64,000 nt of DNA from Dehalococcoidales bacterium (GTDB lineage: Bacteria > Chloroflexota > Dehalococcoidia > Dehalococcoidales > Fen-1064). Positions 19,332-28,541 of this stretch are shown here, in pieces. Under the pieces are notes generated by a model, which was given only the letters and a program-made list of their open reading frames with translations, made no database searches and was not told the DNA's origin. Location: assembly GCA_020342155.1 (NCBI GenBank), contig CP070842.1, forward strand, positions 555,930 to 619,929, given 5' to 3'. Made by a program: the position numbers and the translations under genes. Within the stretch, counting starts at the first letter, position 1, and the number at the start of each line of letters is the position of its first letter.

Positions 19332-21270
19332 TTGTAATAAAGATAATGATCCCGAAAATAGTTACTGTATCTCCTGCGGAGCTCTCATATCTGAAGAGAT
19401 GCCAGTGCTCCGAGAGGAGATTAGCCATCTGAGACGACTGATCGAACTGATGCAAGAGCGCCTGGTTATCCTGGAACGTACCCAAGGGATTTCTGGACCG
19501 CGACCAGAGCTGGGACCTACTCCTCCAGAAACATTAACCCCCGCCCAGACAGCAGCTCCACCAGCCGGACCAGTACCGGCCGATCTGGCAGTAACACCCC
19601 CTGCCCCTCCCAAATCCCGAACCCCCAGAGCAATAGAACGGGAGTGGGAGCAGATTCTGGGAGGAAGCTGGCTCGCCCGCATAGGTGTCCTTGCCATTAT
19701 CATCGGCGTAGGTTTTTTCCTTAAATACGCCTTTGACCAGAACTGGCTCGGCCCCACCGCCCGAGTTATTCTGGGTGTTGTAGCCGGTCTGATTATGATT
19801 GGTGGCGGCCATTACTGGGGAAAAAAATATCCTACTTTTGCTCAAGCGATTAGTGGCGGGGGTATCGCTCTTCTTTATCTCTCTGTCTTTGCTGCCTACA
19901 CCATGTTTGGTTTAGTCGATTTTTATCCGGCAGTCGCATTATTACTACTCATCAGTATCAGTTCAGCCCTGCTGGCACTACGTTATAACTCGATGGCCCT
20001 GGCTATCATCAGTATCATTGGTGCATTCGTAGCACCCTTTGTGCTATCAGTCGCTACCGGTGGGGCTTCAGGTACCGGCGGTGTTATCGAGGCCAGCCAG
20101 AGCTTCTGGCTCTTGGTGTATGTCATGGTAGTAGACCTGGGTGTCCTCTGGTTGTCTACCTTCCGTAAATGGCGCTGGTTCACCCTTATGGCGCTCGCTG
20201 GCTCCCTGATAGTATTCGGGGTGTGGTACAACCGTTTTGGCGACGAGGTCAGCCTGCTGACCTCGATGGGTAGTCTGACCATTATATTCCTTATCTTCGT
20301 GGCGGCAACCACGCTCTATCACATTATCTGGCGCCGGGTGTCCCGGGATTTTGACTACATATTGATGGCAGTTAACGCTACCTCCTATTTCGGGATAAGC
20401 TACGGACTAATGTGGAACGATTTATCTGAATGGCTCGGGGGCTTCTCTCTACTAATGGCCCTGTTTTACAGCGGGCTTGCCTATATTTTTATCAAAAGAG
20501 GTGCCGTGAACGTCAGGCTCGCCTTTTTCGCCCTGGGCATTACCCTGCTCTTCTTGACGATAGCCATACCTGTCCAGCTTAATGACACGGCGTGGACAAC
20601 AATCGCCTGGGCGGCTCAGGGTACTATTCTCTTATGGCTTTCACTAAAACTCCGGATGCCCCTACTGCGTATCACCAGTTATATTGTTTTTACTGTGACG
20701 TTTATACGGTTGCTGTTCTTTGATACCACAGTGAGCCTGCGTGACTTTACGCCAGTCCTCAACGAGCGTTTCCTGGCTTTCATCTTTGGCATCGTCGCCA
20801 TGTACCTTGCCGGTTACCTTCTGTGGAGAGAAAGAGAGTCTTTGTGGCCACGCGAGCAGACCGCCTGGTCTGTTTACCCGATTTTCATCGGAATTGCCAA
20901 CTTCTTTACTCTCTGGTTGCTGAGCACTGAGGTTTGGGATTTCTTTACGAAACAGCTGAGTACTACGACAGACTGGACCGCCAGAGATGGCCTCCGCAGT
21001 GCCCGGAACCTATCACTCACAGGACTCTGGGCGGGCTATGCCGTGATACTCCTTGTAATTGGCATAACCAGACGTTTACGATTGGTAAGGCTTTCTGCTC
21101 TAGGCCTACTGGTGATACCCATAGTTAAGGTCTTCGTTTATGACGTATTTGCCCTTGAGCAGGTATACCGCATTATCGCCTTTATAGGCCTGGGCATCCT
21201 TCTACTCACCAGCGCCTACCTGTACCAGCGTCACAGGAAAGCTATCGTAGGCTTCTTTACCAAGGAATGA
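19318..21270 (+). CDS. Zinc-ribbon + Pro-rich linker + polytopic DUF2339-like membrane protein
   Basis: CPSCN...CISCG, Pro-rich spacer, then EWEQILGGSWLARIGVLAIIIGVGFFLKYA and more than 10 predicted TM helices. Overlaps the RDD gene by 14 nt. Confidence 0.65.
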   Translation: MKCPSCNKDNDPENSYCISCGALISEEMPVLREEISHLRRLIELMQERLVILERTQGISGPRPELGPTPPETLTPAQTAAPPAGPVPADLAVTPPAPPKSRTPRAIEREWEQILGGSWLARIGVLAIIIGVGFFLKYAFDQNWLGPTARVILGVVAGLIMIGGGHYWGKKYPTFAQAISGGGIALLYLSVFAAYTMFGLVDFYPAVALLLLISISSALLALRYNSMALAIISIIGAFVAPFVLSVATGGASGTGGVIEASQSFWLLVYVMVVDLGVLWLSTFRKWRWFTLMALAGSLIVFGVWYNRFGDEVSLLTSMGSLTIIFLIFVAATTLYHIIWRRVSRDFDYILMAVNATSYFGISYGLMWNDLSEWLGGFSLLMALFYSGLAYIFIKRGAVNVRLAFFALGITLLFLTIAIPVQLNDTAWTTIAWAAQGTILLWLSLKLRMPLLRITSYIVFTVTFIRLLFFDTTVSLRDFTPVLNERFLAFIFGIVAMYLAGYLLWRERESLWPREQTAWSVYPIFIGIANFFTLWLLSTEVWDFFTKQLSTTTDWTARDGLRSARNLSLTGLWAGYAVILLVIGITRRLRLVRLSALGLLVIPIVKVFVYDVFALEQVYRIIAFIGLGILLLTSAYLYQRHRKAIVGFFTKE

Positions 21271-21347
21271 TAGGCAGATTATCTCGAAACGACTTCAGGC
21301 TTTATACTCTATGAGCCCCGCTACTCGCGCTGAGGTGACTTCTTTAT

Positions 21348-22826
21348 TCAGGCACTGACCGGCAGGTAGACGGTGAAGGTAGAGCCTTTCCCTACTTCGC
21401 TTTCAACCTCTATCCTGCCGCCGTGGCGCTCGATAATACCGTGAGCTACGGATAGCCCCAGGCCCACCCCCCTGACTTCTTTCTTGGTATGGAAAAAGGG
21501 AGTGAACAACTCATCCATGTTCTCAGGGGCTATACCACATCCGGTATCCCGAAAGCTCACACGGATATCACCATCCTCATCCAGTGAGACGCTAACAGTA
21601 AGTTTGCCTCCTTCAGACATCGCCTCGATAGCATTGGCTGCCAGATTGACGAATACCTGTCGGAGCTGTTTGGAATCGGCCATTATGACCGGTAGCGGAG
21701 TTATCTCTTCTCTCGATACCTTAATACCCTTTATCTGGGCCTGGTGGTCAACCATCGACACGACCTGAGCAATAATGCTATTCACTTCCACTGGCTGTAA
21801 CACTGGCTCTGTCTGGGAGGCAAAATCAAGGAGGCTATGTACCAGCACAGAACAGTATGTGACAGCCTCTTCAATCTTTAGCAGGCTGGTGATGGTCTCA
21901 TCTTTATTAAACGATCCACGTTCCATTTTCTTACTGAGCAATTTGGTATACGTCAAGGCTCCAGCTAATGGATTGTTTATTTCATGGGCTATGGCAGACG
22001 ACAATTGACCAAGCGCATCCATCTTTTCGGTCTGGACTAACTGCCTCTGGGTACTTCGTAGTTGCTCGATGTAGCTATTCAGTTCTTCATTCAGTGACAG
22101 CAACTCCTCATAAGTAAGCCTTCTGGGAGTAATTGCTTGTGTCTCTTTTTGCGAGTCTATTGCCAGGGAATCCCGTCGGCTAGCCAGTTCAGCCAGCCTG
22201 CGCTGGATTGTGTCTTCGACCGTTTGCCCGAATTCACAGGTGGCACACTGAAAACCGTGGGTGCAGAGTCGATATGAGATAATACCCTCGGCGGCATAGT
22301 GGCAAAGCCCACTATTATCAGGAGGGTTATTGATTGTCCCTAGTGCTGTATCAGACTCTGTTATGCTCTCCTGTGTTATCTTCTCATGCATCATCCGGTC
22401 AAATTTACAGGTAATGCAATCGTGGTTACGTGTGCAGATTTGATGGGATACTACACCGAGCTTCATCCAGACACACTCTTCAGGCTTCACCCCACCACTG
22501 GCAGTTTCAGGATCAGCTTCTGACTTGGCCAACTCGTCTTTCGTTCTCTGTAGCCAGATACGTGTTTCGATATTACCGGGAGCAATTTTAAGAATGGCTT
22601 CGAATTCATCTTGAGCCTCTTGATAACGCCCCGTTTCAAAGTGGGCCTTACCCTGCTCATGGTGGGCCCGGATATTTTTTGGCACCATGGCTATGACCTG
22701 CTCATCAGACAGTTCGACTGTAGCCGTATTTTCAGCCGTTTCCTCGTCCATCACCTTATCTTCCCCTGTGGTCACAGCTTTCTTTCTCTCCACCTTAATT
22801 CTACTGTATTGATTATCAACCGCCAT
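21348..22826 (-). CDS. Sensor histidine kinase: TPR-like helix pair + 2x Cx12Cx5Cx2C module + HisKA + HATPase_c
   Basis: H-box SSAIAHEINNPL with N/G boxes in the C-terminus. Cys modules at aa 118-140 and 175-197. Confidence 0.85.
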   Translation of the reverse strand: MAVDNQYSRIKVERKKAVTTGEDKVMDEETAENTATVELSDEQVIAMVPKNIRAHHEQGKAHFETGRYQEAQDEFEAILKIAPGNIETRIWLQRTKDELAKSEADPETASGGVKPEECVWMKLGVVSHQICTRNHDCITCKFDRMMHEKITQESITESDTALGTINNPPDNSGLCHYAAEGIISYRLCTHGFQCATCEFGQTVEDTIQRRLAELASRRDSLAIDSQKETQAITPRRLTYEELLSLNEELNSYIEQLRSTQRQLVQTEKMDALGQLSSAIAHEINNPLAGALTYTKLLSKKMERGSFNKDETITSLLKIEEAVTYCSVLVHSLLDFASQTEPVLQPVEVNSIIAQVVSMVDHQAQIKGIKVSREEITPLPVIMADSKQLRQVFVNLAANAIEAMSEGGKLTVSVSLDEDGDIRVSFRDTGCGIAPENMDELFTPFFHTKKEVRGVGLGLSVAHGIIERHGGRIEVESEVGKGSTFTVYLPVSA

Positions 22827-23082
22827 CTGATATGCAGCTTATTATGGGCTACCTGCCATGCCTAATTAGAAAACTGTTTGACTAGGCATACTCTACAAAC
22901 AGATACGCCGAGATTACACTCGTAAGTGCATGCTTTGAGAGAGAAGAGAATACCTGAAGACTAATAAAAATACCAGAGGTCTTACAGTTAGAAAGGATGA
23001 CAAATCAAATCAGGTAGGCAGAATATATACAGATACTATACGCAGCACCCGCAATTGAATCATGCACACGGAGCAATAAAGA

Positions 23083-23742
23083 TTACGGCAGGTCTTTCAG
23101 AGTGAGCCAGCCTTTTCTAAACCCGAATAATATTGCTTCAGTACGTGAAGCTACTTCGAGCTTATTGAAAATACTCCCCAGATGGGTCTGAACGACATTC
23201 AAACAAAGGACGAGGCGCTCTGCAATATCATTGTTACTTACACCTTTAGCAACTAATTTCAGCACCTCTACCTCGCGCTCGTTGAGCGGTTCGGTTCCCG
23301 GGACTCCGGCTGGGGTCGGAGATATCAGATGCTCTATAACTCGACGGGCGACTACGGGGTGAAGTACTGCCTCGCCGGCGTACACTGCCCGAATAGCATC
23401 AATCAGTTCATAGATTTTCAGACCCTTCAGCAAGTAGCCAGCTGCTCCCGCTTCTAAGAGGGCAAAAATGTACTGGTCGTAATCATAAGCGGTGAGTACC
23501 AGTACGGCTATGGATGGCTGCAGCTCCTTTATCCTTTTCGTGGCTTCTATGCCATTGAGCTTGGGCATATGGACATCCATTATGACCACATCTGGCTTCA
23601 GCTCCGTGGCTAGCCTGACAGCCTCTTCACCATCACCGGCTTCACCAACTACTTCCATATCTTCTTCACGCTGCACCGACGCACGAGTCAATTCCCGTAC
23701 CATAACGTGGTCTTCGGCCAGTAAAACCCTGATAGTATACAT
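23083..23742 (-). CDS. NarL/LuxR-family response regulator
   Basis: REC (LLAEDH...DVVIMDVHMPKLNG) plus C-terminal LuxR HTH (LNEREVEVLKLVAKGVSNNDIAERL). Confidence 0.9.
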   Translation of the reverse strand: MYTIRVLLAEDHVMVRELTRASVQREEDMEVVGEAGDGEEAVRLATELKPDVVIMDVHMPKLNGIEATKRIKELQPSIAVLVLTAYDYDQYIFALLEAGAAGYLLKGLKIYELIDAIRAVYAGEAVLHPVVARRVIEHLISPTPAGVPGTEPLNEREVEVLKLVAKGVSNNDIAERLVLCLNVVQTHLGSIFNKLEVASRTEAILFGFRKGWLTLKDLP

Positions 23743-23822
23743 TACATTCCCAAATTTACAGTTAGCCTACCGTCGTTATCAAGCGTAAAGCAAGGGAAGC
23801 CATACCCATTTGTATGAGTATA

Positions 23823-24824
23823 CTACGTAGAAGCACCCTCCTCGATCAAGGCGTAGTGGGGTGGGAGCGCCCCGGTAGGACAAATAGCAAAGCACTCTTT
23901 ACAGTCAGCGCATTCTTTGCTGGCTATCTCTGGGAAAAACATGACCTCCCGTTCCGTTCCTCTACCAATAAAGCCTATGGCGTTTTTACCCTTCACCTCA
24001 GCACAGTAACGCACGCATAAACCACATAGAATACAGAAATTCGGTTCTACTTCGAACTTGGTTTCACTTGCCCCGCTTAGCTCGTAATTTCCTTTCGACT
24101 CCAACCCGGATATACCGTATCTCATTCCGTAATTCACCAGTGGTTGGACACCAGGGGCCCGAGCCCACATCAACTCCAACAGCATTTTACGGATTTTAAC
24201 TACCTGTTCCGATTCTGTCTTGACTATGAGTCCATCCTCAACAATGTAGACGCATGAAGTAACCAAACGCGATCTTTGCCCTCTGATTATCTCCACTATG
24301 CACAACCGACAGGCACCATAAGGTGACAGTTTCTCATGGTGACAGAGGGTAGGAATGTCAATTCCAATACTCTGTGCCGCCTCCAGAATGGTCGCCCCTT
24401 GTCGGACCTCAACCTCTCTGTCATCGATAACACAGGTAACGGTCTCCGGTCTTATCTCAACCTGGACCGGCCCCAGAGTCTGGCTAACCAGTTTCTCCAG
24501 ATCATTAAGGTCAAAGGGCTTGGGCAGATAATCAATAACCCCCTCTTTCATCGCCTCTACCGCTGTCTGGACAGAAGGGTAAGCAGTAATAATAATGCCA
24601 TTAAGCTGTGGCTGTTTCGCCCTGGCCTTCCTTAGTACCTCAAGCCCATCTGCTCCCGGCAACCTCAGGTCGAGGATGAGAAGTCCATAGTCCTGCTCCT
24701 CGATTGCTTTCAGCGCCTCGTCCCCTTGCGTGGCACTTTCCACCTGATAACCACCATCGGTTAGCCAGTCCTGGAGCGACTCTCTCATAATCGCTTCGTC
24801 TTCTACTATCAGAATCGGTTTCAT
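23823..24824 (-). CDS. REC domain fused to a NuoG/HydA-N-terminal-like [2Fe-2S] domain plus 2x[4Fe-4S] ferredoxin domain
   Basis: MKPILIVEDE...DLRLPGADG receiver; Cx10Cx2Cx15C (CHHEKLSPYGACRLC...C) 2Fe-2S pattern; CILCGLCVRYC and CADCKECFAICP motifs. GAGGAGG RBS. Confidence 0.8.
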   Translation of the reverse strand: MKPILIVEDEAIMRESLQDWLTDGGYQVESATQGDEALKAIEEQDYGLLILDLRLPGADGLEVLRKARAKQPQLNGIIITAYPSVQTAVEAMKEGVIDYLPKPFDLNDLEKLVSQTLGPVQVEIRPETVTCVIDDREVEVRQGATILEAAQSIGIDIPTLCHHEKLSPYGACRLCIVEIIRGQRSRLVTSCVYIVEDGLIVKTESEQVVKIRKMLLELMWARAPGVQPLVNYGMRYGISGLESKGNYELSGASETKFEVEPNFCILCGLCVRYCAEVKGKNAIGFIGRGTEREVMFFPEIASKECADCKECFAICPTGALPPHYALIEEGAST

Positions 24825-24853
24825 TCGTCTACCTCCTCTTATTTCTCCTCAGC

Positions 24854-26764
24854 TTATCCACGCACGACTTCAGTGCCTTGTGCAACAAATTCTGGTACTT
24901 CCACACCGGAAAGTACAGTAATGGCGCCAAAACGAGCGGGACAAACCTCAAGACAAGTCCCGCACTTGGTGCATTTCTCCTGGTCTATTATATGGATTAG
25001 ATTTTTCCCACCGTCGATAGCCCCTACCGGGCAATTCCTCAGACAAATCATGCACGCCTGACACTTCTCCGGCTCTATCCAGTAATTTATCAACGCCTTA
25101 CAGACACCGGCCGGGCACTGCTTCTTCATAATATGAGCTTCATACTCATCCCGGAAGTACCTGAGCGTGCTCAGCACTGGATTGCAGGCCGTCTGTCCCA
25201 GTGCGCAAAGTGCCGAGTCTCCAAGCACCTCCGGTATTTCGTCCAGCAGCTTAAAGTCTTCTTCGCTGCTTTCCCCTTCGCAAATTCTATTCAGCACCTT
25301 AAGCATCTGGTATATCCCCTCACGGCAGGGCAAACACTTACCACAAGACTCCCCGGCGAGGAAGTTAATAAAATACCTGGCCACATCCACCATGCAGGTG
25401 TCCTCATCCATGACGATCATGCCGCCCGAGCCCATCATAGAACCTACTTTAGTGAGCTCATCGAAATCTACGGGGAGGTTAAGGAACTTATCCGGGATAA
25501 CTCCCCCCGAGGGGCCACCGGTCTGGACTGCCTTGAACTTCTTTCCATCAGGAATTCCACCGCCGATATCGTAAATCACCTCTCGGAGTGTCATTCCCAT
25601 AGGCACTTCAACCAGCCCGGTATTTTTCACCTTGCCAACCAGGGAGAAAATCTTTGTGCCCTTACTGCCTTCGGTCCCGATGTTGGTAAACCATTCAGCA
25701 CCGTTGTTGATAATGAGAGGTACATTGGCCCAGGTCTCCACATTATTCAGATTACTGGGTCTATCCCAGATACCGCTAACCGCAGTGCGGATATATTTCG
25801 GTCTGGGTTCACCAACCCTGCCCTCTATTGCTGTCATTAAAGCACTGGATTCACCCGATACAAAGGCACCAGCACCTCGGTGTATTTTAACGTCAAAATT
25901 AAAACCGGAGCCGAGAATATCCGAACCCAGAAGACCGAGTTCTCGTGCTTGCTCTAGAGCAATATTTAGATTCCCCACAGCTAAGGGATATTCCTGCCGC
26001 ACATAGATGAACCCCTCATGTGAGCCAATAGCGTAGGCACCGATAATCAGGCCTTCCAGTACGCTGTGAGGATTACCCTCAAGAAGGCTCCTGTCCATAT
26101 AGGCCCCAGGGTCGCCTTCGTCAGCATTTACGATAACGTATTTTCTCTCGCCTGGTGCGTCGCGGGTGGTCTCCCACTTTCTTCCAGCCGGGAAACCGCC
26201 ACCCCCTCTGCCCCTTAGATTAGACTCTTTTACCTCTTCCATAACCTCTTCAGGTGTCATCTCTAAAAGGGCTTTTGCCAGGGCGGCATAGCCACCAAGC
26301 GTAATGTAGTCCTCTATATTCGTAGGGTCGATGAGCCTGTTATTGCCAAAAATAACCCGGCTCTGGTGTTTATAGAAGGGTATCTCGCTCTCATGCGCGA
26401 TCTTTTGACCGTCATCATCCTCATACAGCAGACGGTCAACTACCTTCTTTTCGACTAATGTTGTAGAAACAATCTCAGGGACATCATCCGACCTTACTCT
26501 CAGATAGCATATTTCTTCAGGAAAGATGACTACCAAGGTACCCTTCTCACAGAAACCATGGCACCCCGTCCGGCGGATATCCACCTTCTCTTGAAGTCCG
26601 TTACTCTGGATATTGGCAACAAAGGCCTCGGCAACCTTTTCACTGCCGTAAGCATGACATCCCGTACCTGAACAAATGGTTACACATGGTTTGTTTGGGT
26701 CTCTCTTGGCTAGTATTTCCTGTCTTAAGTTCTCCAGGTCAGCGGCTGAGTTTAATCTGCCCAT
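24854..26764 (-). CDS. NuoF/HydB-like NAD(H)-binding FMN Fe-S subunit (N-terminal thioredoxin-like 2Fe-2S, C-terminal 2x[4Fe-4S])
   Basis: GRGGGGFPAGRKW (FMN), GAGAFVSGESSAL (NADH), ESCGKCLPCREG (N3 cluster), CQACMICLRNCP and CTKCGTCLEVCP. Confidence 0.9.
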   Translation of the reverse strand: MGRLNSAADLENLRQEILAKRDPNKPCVTICSGTGCHAYGSEKVAEAFVANIQSNGLQEKVDIRRTGCHGFCEKGTLVVIFPEEICYLRVRSDDVPEIVSTTLVEKKVVDRLLYEDDDGQKIAHESEIPFYKHQSRVIFGNNRLIDPTNIEDYITLGGYAALAKALLEMTPEEVMEEVKESNLRGRGGGGFPAGRKWETTRDAPGERKYVIVNADEGDPGAYMDRSLLEGNPHSVLEGLIIGAYAIGSHEGFIYVRQEYPLAVGNLNIALEQARELGLLGSDILGSGFNFDVKIHRGAGAFVSGESSALMTAIEGRVGEPRPKYIRTAVSGIWDRPSNLNNVETWANVPLIINNGAEWFTNIGTEGSKGTKIFSLVGKVKNTGLVEVPMGMTLREVIYDIGGGIPDGKKFKAVQTGGPSGGVIPDKFLNLPVDFDELTKVGSMMGSGGMIVMDEDTCMVDVARYFINFLAGESCGKCLPCREGIYQMLKVLNRICEGESSEEDFKLLDEIPEVLGDSALCALGQTACNPVLSTLRYFRDEYEAHIMKKQCPAGVCKALINYWIEPEKCQACMICLRNCPVGAIDGGKNLIHIIDQEKCTKCGTCLEVCPARFGAITVLSGVEVPEFVAQGTEVVRG

Positions 26765-26835
26765 GACTCTCTCCTCTTTTTCAATCTCACTTAATAGACA
26801 CTCCGAACAGCGTTTGCTTTCCTATTCTCCATAGC

Positions 26836-27303
26836 CTATTCGCAAGTATCAGCAATCTCATCAAGTTCTTTCCTGGAAGGACTGCTATGATATTCCTCAT
26901 CGACTACCATCACCGGTCCCAGGGCACAGCAGCCAAGACAGTTTACTGTTTCCAGACTGAAGCGCATGTCATCCGAGGTCTCACCCGGTTTAATCTCTAA
27001 TTTCTCTGTTACTCTATCCAGGAGGCGAGGTGCACCACGCACCTGGCAGGCAGTCCCTAAACAGACCGATACCGAGTGTCGTCCTCTTGGTGTCAGACTG
27101 AAGGCTTTATAGAAAGTAGCTATATGATAGATTTGGCTCAAGGGAATTCCGAGCCTCTGGCTGGCCTGCATAAGGGCATCCCTGGGCAACCAGCGGTTTT
27201 CGTGCTGAATGTCGAGAAGCACCTGAATCAGAGAAGACTTGTCACCCTTATATTTGTCTATGATTTCATCGGTTTGAGCAACATCCTGGACCATCTTATT
27301 CAT
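26836..27303 (-). CDS. NuoE/HydC-like [2Fe-2S] subunit
   Basis: CLGTACQVRG...CLGCCALGPV pattern; 155 aa. Confidence 0.9.
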   Translation of the reverse strand: MNKMVQDVAQTDEIIDKYKGDKSSLIQVLLDIQHENRWLPRDALMQASQRLGIPLSQIYHIATFYKAFSLTPRGRHSVSVCLGTACQVRGAPRLLDRVTEKLEIKPGETSDDMRFSLETVNCLGCCALGPVMVVDEEYHSSPSRKELDEIADTCE

Positions 27304-27309
27304 ACCTCC

Positions 27310-28371
27310 TTAGTTTTCACCCCAGTAAGACCACCACCAACTAAGCTCTTTTTTATGTGAAGCCTCTTGTCGGGCGGCCAGCTCGACTGCTCTTTTTGCT
27401 AGCTTCTGCTGGAGGGCGTCGTCCATCATTTGTCCGAATTCACAGGTCTCGCACTGGTAGATACGGGAGCAGAGGCGGTAGGACACGTCATTCTTAAGAG
27501 CATAGCGACACAACCTCTGACTGCCGGGTAACGCCAGTAGTTTTTCCATGGCTGCATCAAGTTCAGAGGAGTCACCGCTAGCCAACTTGTCCTGCATCTC
27601 CTGGTCAAACTCACATGTCATGCAGTCGTAGTTGTTAGTGCAGACGCGATAAGACACCATCCCCATGCTCATCCAGACGCATTGTTTAGGTTTTTCTTCC
27701 CCTGGAGCCAATGCTTCAGTCTCAGGTTCGGCCAGCGTCCTTTTTATCTTCTGAATCCAGACCCTGTTCTCGATATTAGCCGGAGCAACTTCCAGGATAG
27801 CCTGAAATACCCTTAATGCCTCTATGTATCTGCCAGCTTCGAAGAGAGTCTTACCCTGCCTGAGGTGGCCTGGAACCTCCTCAGGAATAACAGCGATAAC
27901 CTCCTCGACCCGAACCTCCTCGACAACAACCTCCTCAACCTTGACCTCTTCTACCTTAACTGGCTCGTCTATAATCTCCTTAGTACCTGCCCGCGGTGTT
28001 ATTTCAATCTGTACCGGCCCGAGAGTCTCCCTGATTAGCTTCTCCATTTCATTAAGGTCAAAAGGCTTGGGCATATAATCAACAGCCCCTATTTTCATCG
28101 CCTCTACGGCTGTCTCAACTGAAGGATAGGCAGTAATGATGATTCCCTTGAGTTGGGGCCTTCTCTCTTTAGCTTCCCGCAATACCTCAAGCCCGTCTTT
28201 CCCCGGCAGCCTCAGGTCAAGAACGACAACACCGAAGTCATGTTCCTCGATAGTTTTCAGTGCTTCACTCCCCTCCTCTGCAGTTTCTACCTGATAGCCC
28301 CCATCCTTGAGCCAGTCTTTTAAAGACTCTCTCATAATTGCTTCGTCTTCTACTATCAATATCGGTTTCAT
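27310..28371 (-). CDS. REC domain + (K/V/R)VEEV repeat linker + TPR-like helix pair + 2x Cx12Cx5Cx2C module
   Basis: The receiver is nearly identical to that of 23823..24824. Cys modules at aa 238-260 and 295-317 (numbered from ORF start 28392). Start set at MKPILIVEDE (ATG 28369-28371, GGGGG 7 nt upstream). Confidence 0.75.
   Translation of the reverse strand: MKPILIVEDEAIMRESLKDWLKDGGYQVETAEEGSEALKTIEEHDFGVVVLDLRLPGKDGLEVLREAKERRPQLKGIIITAYPSVETAVEAMKIGAVDYMPKPFDLNEMEKLIRETLGPVQIEITPRAGTKEIIDEPVKVEEVKVEEVVVEEVRVEEVIAVIPEEVPGHLRQGKTLFEAGRYIEALRVFQAILEVAPANIENRVWIQKIKRTLAEPETEALAPGEEKPKQCVWMSMGMVSYRVCTNNYDCMTCEFDQEMQDKLASGDSSELDAAMEKLLALPGSQRLCRYALKNDVSYRLCSRIYQCETCEFGQMMDDALQQKLAKRAVELAARQEASHKKELSWWWSYWGEN
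27898..27957 (-). repeat. 4 x 15-nt in-frame tandem repeat encoding KVEEV-KVEEV-VVEEV-RVEEV
   Basis: Plus strand reads aacctcctcgac-type units with 15-nt periodicity. Confidence 0.8.
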
Positions 28372-28449
28372 CTTCTCGCCCCCTTCACTCATTTTTTAAC
28401 TCCTTAAGACAACTAGCTCGTCTATCTGATAACTCCCACACTATTATCA

Positions 28450-28466
28450 TGCAATTTTCTCGCCAA
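28450..28466 (-). promoter_or_regulatory. Sigma-54 (-24/-12) promoter: TTGGCGAGAAAATTGCA
   Basis: The reverse complement of 28450..28466 matches TGGCAC-N5-TTGCW at GG-N10-GC with TGGC and TTGCA intact (2 mismatches, AC to GA). It lies ~80 nt upstream of the REC/Cys-rich gene, with sigma-54 and a sigma-54 activator encoded immediately upstream. Confidence 0.65.
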
Positions 28467-28471
28467 AGAAT

Positions 28472-28500
28472 AAGGCTGCCCTGATATTTAGGGCAGCCTT
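28472..28500 (-). terminator. Perfect 11-bp inverted repeat (AAGGCTGCCCT-N7-AGGGCAGCCTT): terminator of the ntrC-like gene, or an activator site
   Basis: GC-rich hairpin 42 nt after the stop of 28542..29903, followed on the minus strand by AUUCUUU. It lies only 5 nt upstream of the -24 element. Confidence 0.5.
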
Positions 28501-28541
28501 CTCTACGATTCAAACAGATACTATCTATGTAAAGGAATCAT

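Noticed and set aside
28472-28500. The perfect inverted repeat as the enhancer (UAS) for the NtrC-like activator.
   Set aside because: Not excluded, but it sits only ~20 nt from the -24 element, whereas bEBP sites are usually 70 nt or more upstream. A GC-rich hairpin right after a stop codon fits a terminator better, so it is kept as a terminator with the alternative noted.
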